DNA from: a virus
Reading direction: 5' to 3' (one strand)
Virus record (IMG/VR): IMGVR_UViG_3300009514_000888
Span: 122,299 to 186,298 of that record
DNA: 64,000 nt
This document shows positions 1-8,535 of the stretch, one piece after another. How positions within the stretch are numbered: the stretch's first letter is position 1; each line of letters starts with the position of its first letter. Made by a program: the position numbers and the translations under genes. The notes under the pieces are model-generated. The model was not told where the DNA came from, did not search any database, and saw nothing but the letters and a program-made list of their open reading frames with translations.

Positions 1-636
1 CTCGAAGCACAGCCCTACCTGACGCAAGTATCTCATTACAATAAGCTCACTGGATATGCACAGTTCGGAGATCAGCCCTTTTTCGACTTTGATAGATATA
101 GGGAACATCCCAGGGTCAAGAGGTTTTATGACCATCCAGAAGAGGCGATTAATATCGCCAAAGCCCATCTGGAAACCGCCAATGTTCATTTTGATCTTGC
201 CCAACAATGGCTATTCAATATAGAACCAAAAACGGAGGCAGATATCGTCATCCATAAGACCGAGAAGTATCGTAACTTTGAAGGCAAGAACTATATTCCT
301 ACAATCGACTGGACGCTTTTGGAGGCATATGCAGATCGGTGCGTGTTTGTGGGATATGAGAAGGAACAAAAGATATTTAATCGCTGGTATACAGACCGCA
401 AATTCGAAGTCCCCTGGTATGGCTGCCAAGATATCTACGAAATGGCTCAGATCATTGCTGGGTCGAAGATGTTCATAGGCAATCAGTCCATCGGATTTGC
501 TGCGGCAGAAGGCATGAAACACCCCAGGGTTCAGGAAACATGCCTGCGCATACCGAACTGTTTGCCGCATGGCAAGGACGGCCATACAGAATTGAGCATA
601 GAGCTGATTGAGAAATACCTGAATAGGACAGCATGA
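1..636 (+). CDS. GT-B/GT9-like glycosyltransferase, 5' partial
   Basis: Frame 1 is open from base 1 (LEAQPYLTQV...) through the 319..636 ORF; C-terminal MAQIIAGSKMFIGNQSIGFAAAEG resembles the GT9 (heptosyltransferase-like) nucleotide-binding segment. Confidence 0.6.
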   Translation, partial: LEAQPYLTQVSHYNKLTGYAQFGDQPFFDFDRYREHPRVKRFYDHPEEAINIAKAHLETANVHFDLAQQWLFNIEPKTEADIVIHKTEKYRNFEGKNYIPTIDWTLLEAYADRCVFVGYEKEQKIFNRWYTDRKFEVPWYGCQDIYEMAQIIAGSKMFIGNQSIGFAAAEGMKHPRVQETCLRIPNCLPHGKDGHTELSIELIEKYLNRTA

Positions 637-1238
637 TGCATAACTTGGAAATCCAGAAATTAGCGCAAGATACGGTTGTCGGTAGATATGATATCTACAA
701 ACTCGTTAAAAAGATTGGGCTTAATAACAATGTTGCCGAGATAGGGGTGGCAAAAGGTAAGAACTTCGCCAAAATCGTCTGGTATGCTCTGCCCAAGTAT
801 GCGGTGGGCATTGATCTTTGGGAATGGACAGAAGACAATTTGTGGTGGACACAGGAGTTCTTTGATAGTTACCGACGTAAAATAATAGAAGCAAAACCCG
901 CTCTGGAAGAAAAGACCGGGGCTAAAATTGACTACATCAAGGGCGACTGCCACAAAATAGTTCATCAGTTTGAGGATGAATTTTTTGACTTCATATACAT
1001 CGACTGCGACCATAGATACGAATATGTCAAAAGAGACCTGAATGACTGGTGGCCCAAGCTGCGATCTGGAGGGATCATGGCAGGGCATGACTATCTAGAG
1101 AAATCTTGCTGGAAAGGCGCGTGGACCTACGGAGTCGTGACTGCCGTGAATGAGTTTGTGAAGGAACATGAACTTTCCTGGATGCATTTAACTACTAAAG
1201 ATAGCGATCCTAGCTATATGTTCCTGAAACCAGAGTGA
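633..1238 (+). CDS. Class I SAM-dependent methyltransferase (Methyltransf_24-like)
   Basis: VAEIGVAKG motif I, FDFIYIDCDHRYE, WWPKLRSGGIMAGHDY. Confidence 0.85.
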   Translation: MMHNLEIQKLAQDTVVGRYDIYKLVKKIGLNNNVAEIGVAKGKNFAKIVWYALPKYAVGIDLWEWTEDNLWWTQEFFDSYRRKIIEAKPALEEKTGAKIDYIKGDCHKIVHQFEDEFFDFIYIDCDHRYEYVKRDLNDWWPKLRSGGIMAGHDYLEKSCWKGAWTYGVVTAVNEFVKEHELSWMHLTTKDSDPSYMFLKPE

Positions 1239-1259
1239 GTGTAAGCAACGGGGGACAAA

Positions 1260-1946
1260 CTGAGCCATATCGAATTTGCCAATGCATTTCGCGGTTTCAG
1301 CCCCCAACAACTGACGAGCGTTAAGCACCTTTCTAACTTCATTTGCTGCCAGGCTGGTTTGGCTCTCAATCGAAAATCAATCGATATGGACCTTTCCCGT
1401 TTGATAGAATGTTGGGGCGGCGTCAAATGCAAACAGTATCCCGATGAGCTGGCTCGATTACTGGTTTATATCTATAATAATAAGCATAAAATCAATAGTT
1501 ACCTGGAAGTGGGTATAGAAAATGGGGGAACGTTTTTTGTGATAGACAGCTTCTTGAGAGCAGTCAATCCGAAATACGAAGGGGGGTACGGGGTGGATGT
1601 GCGATATCGTCGCGGTAGCCTCAATATGATCTTGGACTACCAGATGGCGTACCCTGATAGCTATATCAAGATAGTTCATGCCAACCATGTTTATGAATGG
1701 ACGGTTCCCAAAACCTTTGACCTGTGTTTCATCGATGCAGAACATCGCTATCATGCAGTTCTTAGGGATTACACGAAGTATAAGCCGTTCTCAAAGATTA
1801 TGGCTTTTCATGATATTGCGTTGCCTATGCGAGAGAAGTCCACATCGGATTTGTGGGAAGAAATTAAAACAGAAGATTCGATAGAAATATTGAATGAGGA
1901 CGATAGATTTCGTACTCCGGTTGGAATCGGAATACTGAATCCGTGA
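1260..1946 (+). CDS. Class I SAM-dependent methyltransferase; start uncertain (CTG 1260 or TTG 1359)
   Basis: YLEVGIENGG, FDLCFIDAEHRY, MAFHDI; frame open from 1245 with GGGGA just upstream of CTG at 1260. Confidence 0.7.
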   Translation: MSHIEFANAFRGFSPQQLTSVKHLSNFICCQAGLALNRKSIDMDLSRLIECWGGVKCKQYPDELARLLVYIYNNKHKINSYLEVGIENGGTFFVIDSFLRAVNPKYEGGYGVDVRYRRGSLNMILDYQMAYPDSYIKIVHANHVYEWTVPKTFDLCFIDAEHRYHAVLRDYTKYKPFSKIMAFHDIALPMREKSTSDLWEEIKTEDSIEILNEDDRFRTPVGIGILNP

Positions 1947-2686
1947 AACCAACTCAGAAATCAGCAGATATCTACCGATGCTTCGGCACTGGACTCGGGG
2001 ACATTCTTATATCCCTGAGTGTTTATTATGACTACAGTCAGAACCGCAATGAGATCATGCAACTGTCCTCGTGGTATCCTAAATATATAGGAGAATCCTG
2101 CAAACATCGAAACTGCGATCTTAAATTAAGAGAGATATATTCCCTGATTGAGGAACCCGAAAATGCCGCGATAGAAATTGTCAAAGATGAGCCTACGCAT
2201 ATATTTAATGTGGATGCCATGAATCAAACAGTATTTAAGAGATCAAGGCCATGTTGGCTACCGCGTCAGCATAAGACTATATCTTATCAATTGAATGCAT
2301 CCTCCAAAAGGCGTTACAATATGTCTCAGGAACAGCAGGGAGAGTTGATATGCCAATGGCAGAAAAAGGGATATGAGACAGTGGGTTTGGGGACTCGCTT
2401 CTCTTTGGAAGAATGCGCCAAAGTGTTGTCGAACAGCTGGGCGTTCGTGGGGGCTGCAAGCGGAATGGCTTCTCTCGGATATGCGGTAGGCGTGCCTGTG
2501 TTTTTGATACGTAATGGATTCTGCTTGGACTATCTGATGCAAATCAGGCATGGTCATTTTGTTATTGTCGAGGATTATGACGAGTTCCAGGAGACGTTCC
2601 CTCAATATCTGTCGCATGGCATGGATTATTATAGACAGATCGCTTGTAATGCAGACCTCCTGAATCATCCGATACAAACGTCATGA
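1943..2686 (+). CDS. Putative GT-B/GT9-like glycosyltransferase
   Basis: N-terminal GTGLGDIL and C-terminal SLEECAKVLSNSWAFVGAASGMASLGYAVGVP, typical of GT9-like folds. Confidence 0.55.
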   Translation: MKPTQKSADIYRCFGTGLGDILISLSVYYDYSQNRNEIMQLSSWYPKYIGESCKHRNCDLKLREIYSLIEEPENAAIEIVKDEPTHIFNVDAMNQTVFKRSRPCWLPRQHKTISYQLNASSKRRYNMSQEQQGELICQWQKKGYETVGLGTRFSLEECAKVLSNSWAFVGAASGMASLGYAVGVPVFLIRNGFCLDYLMQIRHGHFVIVEDYDEFQETFPQYLSHGMDYYRQIACNADLLNHPIQTS

Positions 2687-3450
2687 ATGTATTAGTCACA
2701 GGCCATAGCGGATTCATTGGCTCGCATCTCTATCGTGCTCTTTTGGCTGACGGCCATTATGTTCTGGGATGGGATGATGTCCGGAACCCATCTTCCATTA
2801 CCATGGCCGTCAGTCAAGCAGATGTCATTTTTCATCTAGGCGCTCGCGTCAATACATTGGAACAGGATGTGAATCGCATTATGTTCGAGAACTACCATAT
2901 CACAAAGATATTGGTTGATGAGGCAGAAGAAAATGGAGCAAAGGTTGTATTCGCATCTTCTGCGGCGACTTATGGCGTCTCTGGTACACCAGCAAATGCC
3001 TATGGATGGAGCAAGTATTGCGCCGAGCAATATGGACTTAAAGCTTGCTCTAGATTTGTCTCCTTACGCTACTTTAATGTCTATGGACCAGGAGAGGGGC
3101 ACAAGGGAGCGATGGCGTCCGTGGCTACACAGTCGATGCAGAAAGGAAGTTTTACACTATTTCCAGGTAAACCATCAAGAGATTTCGTTTATGTCTTTGA
3201 TGTTGTTAACGCGAATATCTGGGCCATGGAAAATATTGAGCATGGAGTTTATGAGGTAGGTAGCGGAGAATCCAGAACCTTTGAGGATGTATTAAGCATA
3301 TTGGGCATTCCATTCGATTACCATGACGCATCATCCATTCCGCATGGATATCAGATGCGAACACAGTCTGATTGCGAACAATGGATGCCTGGCTGGAGTC
3401 CACGCTATACGCTAGAATCCGGGTTAACGGAATATTTGAGATCGCCATGA
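2683..3450 (+). CDS. rfaD: NAD-dependent epimerase, ADP-L-glycero-D-manno-heptose 6-epimerase (RfaD/HldD)-like
   Basis: TGHSGFIG Rossmann motif, ASSAATYG, YGWSK (YxxxK), and LRYFNVYGPGEGHKGAMASV matching the RfaD signature. Confidence 0.65.
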   Translation: MNVLVTGHSGFIGSHLYRALLADGHYVLGWDDVRNPSSITMAVSQADVIFHLGARVNTLEQDVNRIMFENYHITKILVDEAEENGAKVVFASSAATYGVSGTPANAYGWSKYCAEQYGLKACSRFVSLRYFNVYGPGEGHKGAMASVATQSMQKGSFTLFPGKPSRDFVYVFDVVNANIWAMENIEHGVYEVGSGESRTFEDVLSILGIPFDYHDASSIPHGYQMRTQSDCEQWMPGWSPRYTLESGLTEYLRSP

Positions 3451-4427
3451 AGAAAGCATATATCATTGGTATATCTGGCCAGGACGGTTCTTTGATGGCG
3501 GATTTGTTGCATCGAAAGGGATACCAGGTGGCGGGCTGCTGCCGAAACGAACGGCAAGCATCCGCCTATCTCAGGGAGAAAGCAAAAGTCAATCGCGTTG
3601 ACTTGAATGTAGATATCAAGAAGATTGTCCATCGTATCGCTAGATTCTGTCCAAACGAAATATATAATTTTGCAGGCGTAACAGAACTGGAAACATCTCT
3701 TGATTTCCCTGCCTATACTATGAACGTGAATGCATATGTCATTATGGAGATGATCGAAAAACTGAGCCAGATTCGCAAGTTTGCAAGACACCAGATCAAG
3801 TTCTGCTTGGCGAATTCATGCGAAATCTTTGGCGATCATCCAGGCCCGCATACAGAATTGACGCCGCTTAGCCCGCAATCCCCCTATGCTACAGCCAAGG
3901 CTGCTCTTTTGGAGATGTCCAGGCATTACCGTCGAAAGGGTATCTTTGTCTCAAATGCTATTTTACACAATCACGAGAGTCATGCGAGGCGAAAGGGGGT
4001 CGTTTACAGGGTTACATCTTTTGCCAAAGCATACGCAGCTTCGTCGCTGACGCTTGGCAATGTCGATACCTGCCGAGACTGGGGGTATGCCCAGGATTAC
4101 ATGGATGCCATGTGGCTCATGAACCAGCATGACTCGCCTGACGACTATGTTGTTGCTTCTGGGGTATCTCATTCTGTGAAAGAGATGTGTACGATGGCGA
4201 TGAGGCAGAGGGATATAGAGATGGAATGGACGACCGGCCCGGAGATATTCGCTTATGACAAGCGAACTGGATATAAGGTGTTTGTGTCTGATCCTGGAAG
4301 AAGTCGTCCAGGAGATGTCCCCAAACGATCTGGGAACATCTCTAAGATTCAGAAGGCTCTTGGCTGGAGCCCGCAGATGACATTTTCTGAGATGATTCGA
4401 CTTCTTGTTTCTGGCGAATCTGCTTGA
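3447..4427 (+). CDS. gmd: GDP-mannose 4,6-dehydratase (divergent)
   Basis: MKKAYIIGISGQDGS, SPYATAK, NAILHNHES, LGNVDTCRDWGYAQDYMDAMWLMNQHDSPDDYVVASG; ATG at 3447 overlaps the upstream TGA. Confidence 0.85.
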   Translation: MKKAYIIGISGQDGSLMADLLHRKGYQVAGCCRNERQASAYLREKAKVNRVDLNVDIKKIVHRIARFCPNEIYNFAGVTELETSLDFPAYTMNVNAYVIMEMIEKLSQIRKFARHQIKFCLANSCEIFGDHPGPHTELTPLSPQSPYATAKAALLEMSRHYRRKGIFVSNAILHNHESHARRKGVVYRVTSFAKAYAASSLTLGNVDTCRDWGYAQDYMDAMWLMNQHDSPDDYVVASGVSHSVKEMCTMAMRQRDIEMEWTTGPEIFAYDKRTGYKVFVSDPGRSRPGDVPKRSGNISKIQKALGWSPQMTFSEMIRLLVSGESA

Positions 4428-5406
4428 TTTTTTCAGCATCGCTGCCGTAATGGAGAGCGCCGCCCTCGTAATACCATTCGATTGCCCGAATCACATCCAT
4501 CGGCTTGATCATGTCCATGCACCTTGGGATGACCAGGTGATCGCTGATTCTCACGGGATATTCGCATAAATCCTTGCGATCTTTAATATCTCCATCGCCT
4601 ATTTTTTGGCAGCGAGATTTCCAGCATCCGCCATTATCGCAACAGTCCAGGCTACCATTGACCGCCAAGAAGCGATGGTGCGGATAGGCTTCCCACTGGG
4701 GCGGTTCACGGCCTCCGGCTATGACAACTGCGGCCCTGTTTAGGGGGCGGCCTGGCTTGACTGGAGCGGCTGCGGCAAGATGCATCGCCCATGTTACAGG
4801 GCATAACACTCCCACTGAATGATAAACCAGGCGAATGAATTGACGGGCATCTGTTTTTCCAATGAGATCAATCACATTTTCTAGCTTAGGATGAAAATGA
4901 CCCTTTTCTCCAACCTGTACAAATGTGATTCTGCCTAAAAAATGGTTGACGACCTGCTGATACCAGTCAGGATTCCACCACTTGCTTGAGAAGTCCGTCT
5001 TCCCACCAGCCACAATGACCCAAAAGTCGTCGTCCAAACCTATCTCCTGAACTTGACTCATCCAAGACTGCTCGTCCTCCGAAAGATGAATATCTCCCTT
5101 GAAATCGATGGGCCTGAGGTTGATCTCTAATTGATCAGATAGAAAGTCATGAAAACCATGAATGAAGTGATAAGGAGAGGTATTGCTGCGATGGATCAAT
5201 GGATATTCGCATTCCAGGACTTTAACATCATCATCATTTTCGTCTAACTTTATAATGTAGGGATTGTTTTCCCAGATTGCGTCGCATGGTGTGCGAACAT
5301 CCGTTTGATATTGGTCAGGAAATGTAATATGCAGATCGCGTATCGCCGCTGTCAGCATCATGATGTCGCCAGGACAAAGGCTGTGCTTAAGAACATATTT
5401 CTTCAT
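4342..5406 (-). CDS. GT9-family (heptosyltransferase-like) glycosyltransferase
   Basis: CPGDIMMLTAAIRDLH, VVNHF...FVQVGEKGH, DLIGKTDARQFIRLVYHSVGVLCPVTWAMHLAAA; Cys-rich C-terminus. Confidence 0.7.
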   Translation of the reverse strand: MKKYVLKHSLCPGDIMMLTAAIRDLHITFPDQYQTDVRTPCDAIWENNPYIIKLDENDDDVKVLECEYPLIHRSNTSPYHFIHGFHDFLSDQLEINLRPIDFKGDIHLSEDEQSWMSQVQEIGLDDDFWVIVAGGKTDFSSKWWNPDWYQQVVNHFLGRITFVQVGEKGHFHPKLENVIDLIGKTDARQFIRLVYHSVGVLCPVTWAMHLAAAAPVKPGRPLNRAAVVIAGGREPPQWEAYPHHRFLAVNGSLDCCDNGGCWKSRCQKIGDGDIKDRKDLCEYPVRISDHLVIPRCMDMIKPMDVIRAIEWYYEGGALHYGSDAEKIKQIRQKQEVESSQKMSSAGSSQEPSES

Positions 5407-5807
5407 GCATCATATTTCGGTTTTTCTGCTTTGTCGCTTTTGCCTCGTCCGCTGCGAGACAGTTCTTCCTCCGTCCATTCATCGCGGAAGCCTGCCCCGA
5501 GACGCCCATAGTCTTTGACAATAGGCAGTAGCTTGGTGGAAGAGAACGCCCCTATCACCGTCTGAATGTCCTCAATATCTTCCTCGGTTTTCAACTTTTT
5601 CGCAAAATCTGAAATACCCAATGCGAGAGCCATGCTCCCCAGCATGCCGTCTTCCGTGCCGGATAGCTTGTCGCTGATATCAAAATGATCCAAAAGCCTC
5701 CGACGAAAATCTTGCCTGAGATTACCAATGTTGCGAATTAGAAAGATTGCTCTGTCCCTCTCTACAAAAGTGTCCAGAGAAACGTTGTATTGACCATGAG
5801 GCATCAC
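5403..5807 (-). CDS. Hypothetical protein
   Basis: 134-aa ORF coupled (ATGA overlap) to the GT9 gene. Confidence 0.6.
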   Translation of the reverse strand: MMPHGQYNVSLDTFVERDRAIFLIRNIGNLRQDFRRRLLDHFDISDKLSGTEDGMLGSMALALGISDFAKKLKTEEDIEDIQTVIGAFSSTKLLPIVKDYGRLGAGFRDEWTEEELSRSGRGKSDKAEKPKYDA

Positions 5808-5887
5808 CGAACCCTCGAAAAGGAAAATGACGATAATATTACTAACACTACAGATTATCGACGCGGCAATCCTTGGAGATATAATTT

Positions 5888-6613
5888 ATGCCCTATGACT
5901 TTGGCGATCTACCCTACCAGAAATTCGTAATTGTTAGCGATCATCGATCTGGATCATATATGGTTCGATCCGCGCTGGAGTCCCATCCGCATATCCTGTG
6001 TCATAACGAAGTCTTTCATGAAACCAGACAAGCCGCGTATCGCACAATGGCAATGGAAGAGGTTCTTAAGAATATGGTTTGGCAGCATATGGAACTGCCT
6101 ATGCAGGCGGTGGGCTTCCTTTTGATGAGATATCAATGCCAAATCAGCAGCCCATTTGCTCCCGTTTGGGATATCCTGGCCCATATGACTGGCCTTAAAG
6201 TCATTATGTTATCCCGCAAAAATATCGTGGATCGAGCCGTGTCCCTTGCCATCGCACAAAAATTCAACTCTTACAACGATCAGCACCGACTGGCAATGAG
6301 AGACGATCCCGTTATTGAACTGTCAGTAGATGATTTCTTGAAATCAGTCAATGCCTATACGAAACATATGGTGTATGCTAATCTGAAACTGGGCAGACAG
6401 AAACTTCAACGCTATTGGTATGAAGATATCCTCGATGATCCTATTAAGACTTATCGCAGCATGCAGCAATTCCTTGGCGTCAAGGAAGTCCTGGACCTGG
6501 CAGCCACAACCCGACGAGTTGAAAAACGATCCCTCCAAGACGTTGTGATCAATTATGCAGAACTAAAGGAGGCAAGCGAACAGACCATCTTTGAAGATCA
6601 TTTCAAGGCATAA
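5888..6613 (+). CDS. Sulfotransferase, Stf0-like
   Basis: 5'-PSB loop DHRSGSYMV, ESHPHILCHNEVF, and LSRKNIVDRAVSLAIA 3'-PB motif. Confidence 0.75.
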   Translation: MPYDFGDLPYQKFVIVSDHRSGSYMVRSALESHPHILCHNEVFHETRQAAYRTMAMEEVLKNMVWQHMELPMQAVGFLLMRYQCQISSPFAPVWDILAHMTGLKVIMLSRKNIVDRAVSLAIAQKFNSYNDQHRLAMRDDPVIELSVDDFLKSVNAYTKHMVYANLKLGRQKLQRYWYEDILDDPIKTYRSMQQFLGVKEVLDLAATTRRVEKRSLQDVVINYAELKEASEQTIFEDHFKA

Positions 6614-7263
6614 CCATAGCGATTGGACATCTCTCGAATAGCCTCCCCTAATTCAGGGTTCGTGCTCTTCATCTTCCCCCATGTAAGAACGGCATAGTCC
6701 TGACGTTTGGTATGAAAAAACTCTTTTGGGTCAGGATGAGACTGATAATCTAATCCCAGCCTACGTAATACCTCATGACATATATGTGGTAACTCTGTAA
6801 ATGACTCTACTCTGTACGTGTATTCCGCAATCTCGTCGGCTCTCTTGTGTAGATGGTACCAATATCTCATGGTCCTGAATAACTTGATGGGACAAAAGTA
6901 TCCCGACTCTAGCCCACCGCAAGCCCGGTGAGCGGGTATGCCAACCTCCCTGCATTGGTCACATAACTGAGGGAACTGATAGGATAGTCTTAAATGCTTC
7001 TCCACTTTGACCAGCAAGGCATCTCCTTTATGGTAGACACAGGCAGAAGCAATAGAGTTTAGAGGATGACGAACCTGATGAAGGATGCAATCGAATTGAT
7101 CAGGGTCATGGAAAATGAAACTGTAGCCCACCACCCCGCCCTTGCTCTTGAAATTTTCATGCTCGACATCTGCCGAACAGGCACGGAGATATTTGGTGAT
7201 GAATCCTGTGCCGCTGCGGGTTGGTGAGGCAATCATGATCCTATTGGGGATAGCCGTATTCAT
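6598..7263 (-). CDS. Sulfotransferase-like P-loop protein with Cys-rich insert
   Basis: IASPTRSGTGF (5'-PSB-like), HQVRHPLNSIAS (3'-PB-like), YTYRVE; CxxC-x10-C-x8-C insert. Confidence 0.6.
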   Translation of the reverse strand: MNTAIPNRIMIASPTRSGTGFITKYLRACSADVEHENFKSKGGVVGYSFIFHDPDQFDCILHQVRHPLNSIASACVYHKGDALLVKVEKHLRLSYQFPQLCDQCREVGIPAHRACGGLESGYFCPIKLFRTMRYWYHLHKRADEIAEYTYRVESFTELPHICHEVLRRLGLDYQSHPDPKEFFHTKRQDYAVLTWGKMKSTNPELGEAIREMSNRYGYALK

Positions 7264-7903
7264 GACATTTGTCCCAAATTTTGCTCGCCAATTCCTCGTC
7301 TAACTCGCGCAGCAAATCCCAGGTTAACATCGTATATCGTTCGGGATTCTCTCCTCCCCATAAATGGTCAGGTGATGGCTGCTGTTCTGGAATCCCCAGC
7401 CTTCGATACATCTCTTTGCGAGTCCCTTCATCATTGTGGAAATCTTCTACGTGATACCGCCAACTTGATATCTTTTCTGCCGCCAGATTCATGTAATACC
7501 AGTATCGCATGGTCCGCAGGACGCGAATATGGCACAAATATCTTGCGCCGGACCTGTGTCCGCAGCCGTCGTTGACGCCATGACCATGATCCAGACATTG
7601 GTCACAAATCTTCGGGTATTGATACTTGATGGGGAAAAACCCTTCAGGGTCTTCAAAGAAATATACGGGATAGCCGCTACAGGACGACATGACTTTTAAG
7701 GGATCGCGAACTTGGTGGAAAATAATGTCGAAATCCCCAGGATTCATTTTAATGAAAGTCCAGCCAGTTATCCCATAATATCCTGGCTTGCGATTCTCGT
7801 GACGAACCGCCACGCGAGGGCGCAGATGATTTAAGGCTTTGAAGATGTACTTGCTGCCCGATCTCATTGTGCCGCAGATCAACACTTGTTGCTTAAATTT
7901 CAT
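7241..7903 (-). CDS. Sulfotransferase-like P-loop protein with Cys-rich insert (paralogue of 6598..7263)
   Basis: ICGTMRSGSKY, HQVRDPLKVMSS, RTMRYWY shared with neighbour; CxxC-x10-C-x9-C; likely start ATG at 7903. Confidence 0.6.
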   Translation of the reverse strand: MKFKQQVLICGTMRSGSKYIFKALNHLRPRVAVRHENRKPGYYGITGWTFIKMNPGDFDIIFHQVRDPLKVMSSCSGYPVYFFEDPEGFFPIKYQYPKICDQCLDHGHGVNDGCGHRSGARYLCHIRVLRTMRYWYYMNLAAEKISSWRYHVEDFHNDEGTRKEMYRRLGIPEQQPSPDHLWGGENPERYTMLTWDLLRELDEELASKIWDKCHEYGYPQ

Positions 7904-7908
7904 AGTGT

Positions 7909-8085
7909 GCGGGCAGGAAACCCCTACCCTCGTGGTAGGGGAGGAATGCCGCCTCCTTAACATTAAGCATAACTTTGAAGCCAGTCTCGCTACAAGTTTG
8001 ACTGGTAGGGCGCATTCAACCGTCCATACGTCTCAACCTTCGGGTTAGGGACAATCCCCCTCCCCTTGCGTGAGGGGTAGTTGAA
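7909..8085. mobile_element. Non-autonomous IS200/IS605-family mini-element (IscB/TnpB-type ends, omega-RNA-like)
   Basis: Subterminal hairpins CCCCTACC-CTCGT-GGTAGGGG (7921-7941) and CCCCT...GAGGGG near 8058-8077; minus strand begins TTCAACTACCCC and ends GGCGGCATTCCTCCCC...GGGGTTTCCTGCCCGC; internal hairpins; no transposase or nuclease ORF; ends uncertain by a few nt. Confidence 0.65.
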
Positions 8086-8167
8086 GATTATTTTATCGTC
8101 CACAAAGGGACCAAAACCTTTTTAGGGGAACGTGATATCAGAGTTCATTTGTTATCGGAGTATATAT

Positions 8168-8413
8168 ATGCAGATCAAGTACGGACTAATGGAAGTGCCG
8201 TTTGGGGGAAAAGAACCCCAGAAATGCGCAGATGATAAGTGTATTCGCTATATCAAGCCCGTCGAGGAATGCATGATTGATGTGGCGAACTCTAATGTTT
8301 ATTGCCCAGAGTGCGGGGTCTGCGAGCGGTATGCCCGCAAAAAAGCAGAACAGTGCAAGAGGCAGGGACGAGAGGATTGGGCGAAACGAAACGCTACCAT
8401 TCCCCTCGATTAG
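8168..8413 (+). CDS. Small Cys-rich (zinc-finger-like) hypothetical protein
   Basis: CADDKC and CPECGVC motifs; ATG at 8168 within ORF 8132..8413. Confidence 0.55.
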   Translation: MQIKYGLMEVPFGGKEPQKCADDKCIRYIKPVEECMIDVANSNVYCPECGVCERYARKKAEQCKRQGREDWAKRNATIPLD

Positions 8414-8535
8414 CTCCCTCCACCTCGATTAGCAGGAAGGATATTTGTCGAGCCAGATGAAATAATATCTTTAGGAGGGAATTCTCCAAAGATGTCGCAA
8501 CTATTTTAGAGCAACGCAATATAGGGGGCTAGTAC

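Noticed and set aside
4342-4427. 86-bp convergent overlap of gmd and the GT9 gene (also 28582-28629)
   Set aside because: The overlapping GT9 tail is low-complexity and looks like stop-codon drift; no evidence of function.
1-7903. Bacterial LPS/capsule locus next to a prophage
   Set aside because: No flippase, polymerase, ABC exporter or housekeeping genes, and similar glyco genes recur among the virion genes throughout the window.
8404-8433. 11-bp direct repeat CCTCGATTAGC separated by 8 nt at a gene end
   Set aside because: Only two short copies, most simply a micro-duplication; no array or associated recombinase.
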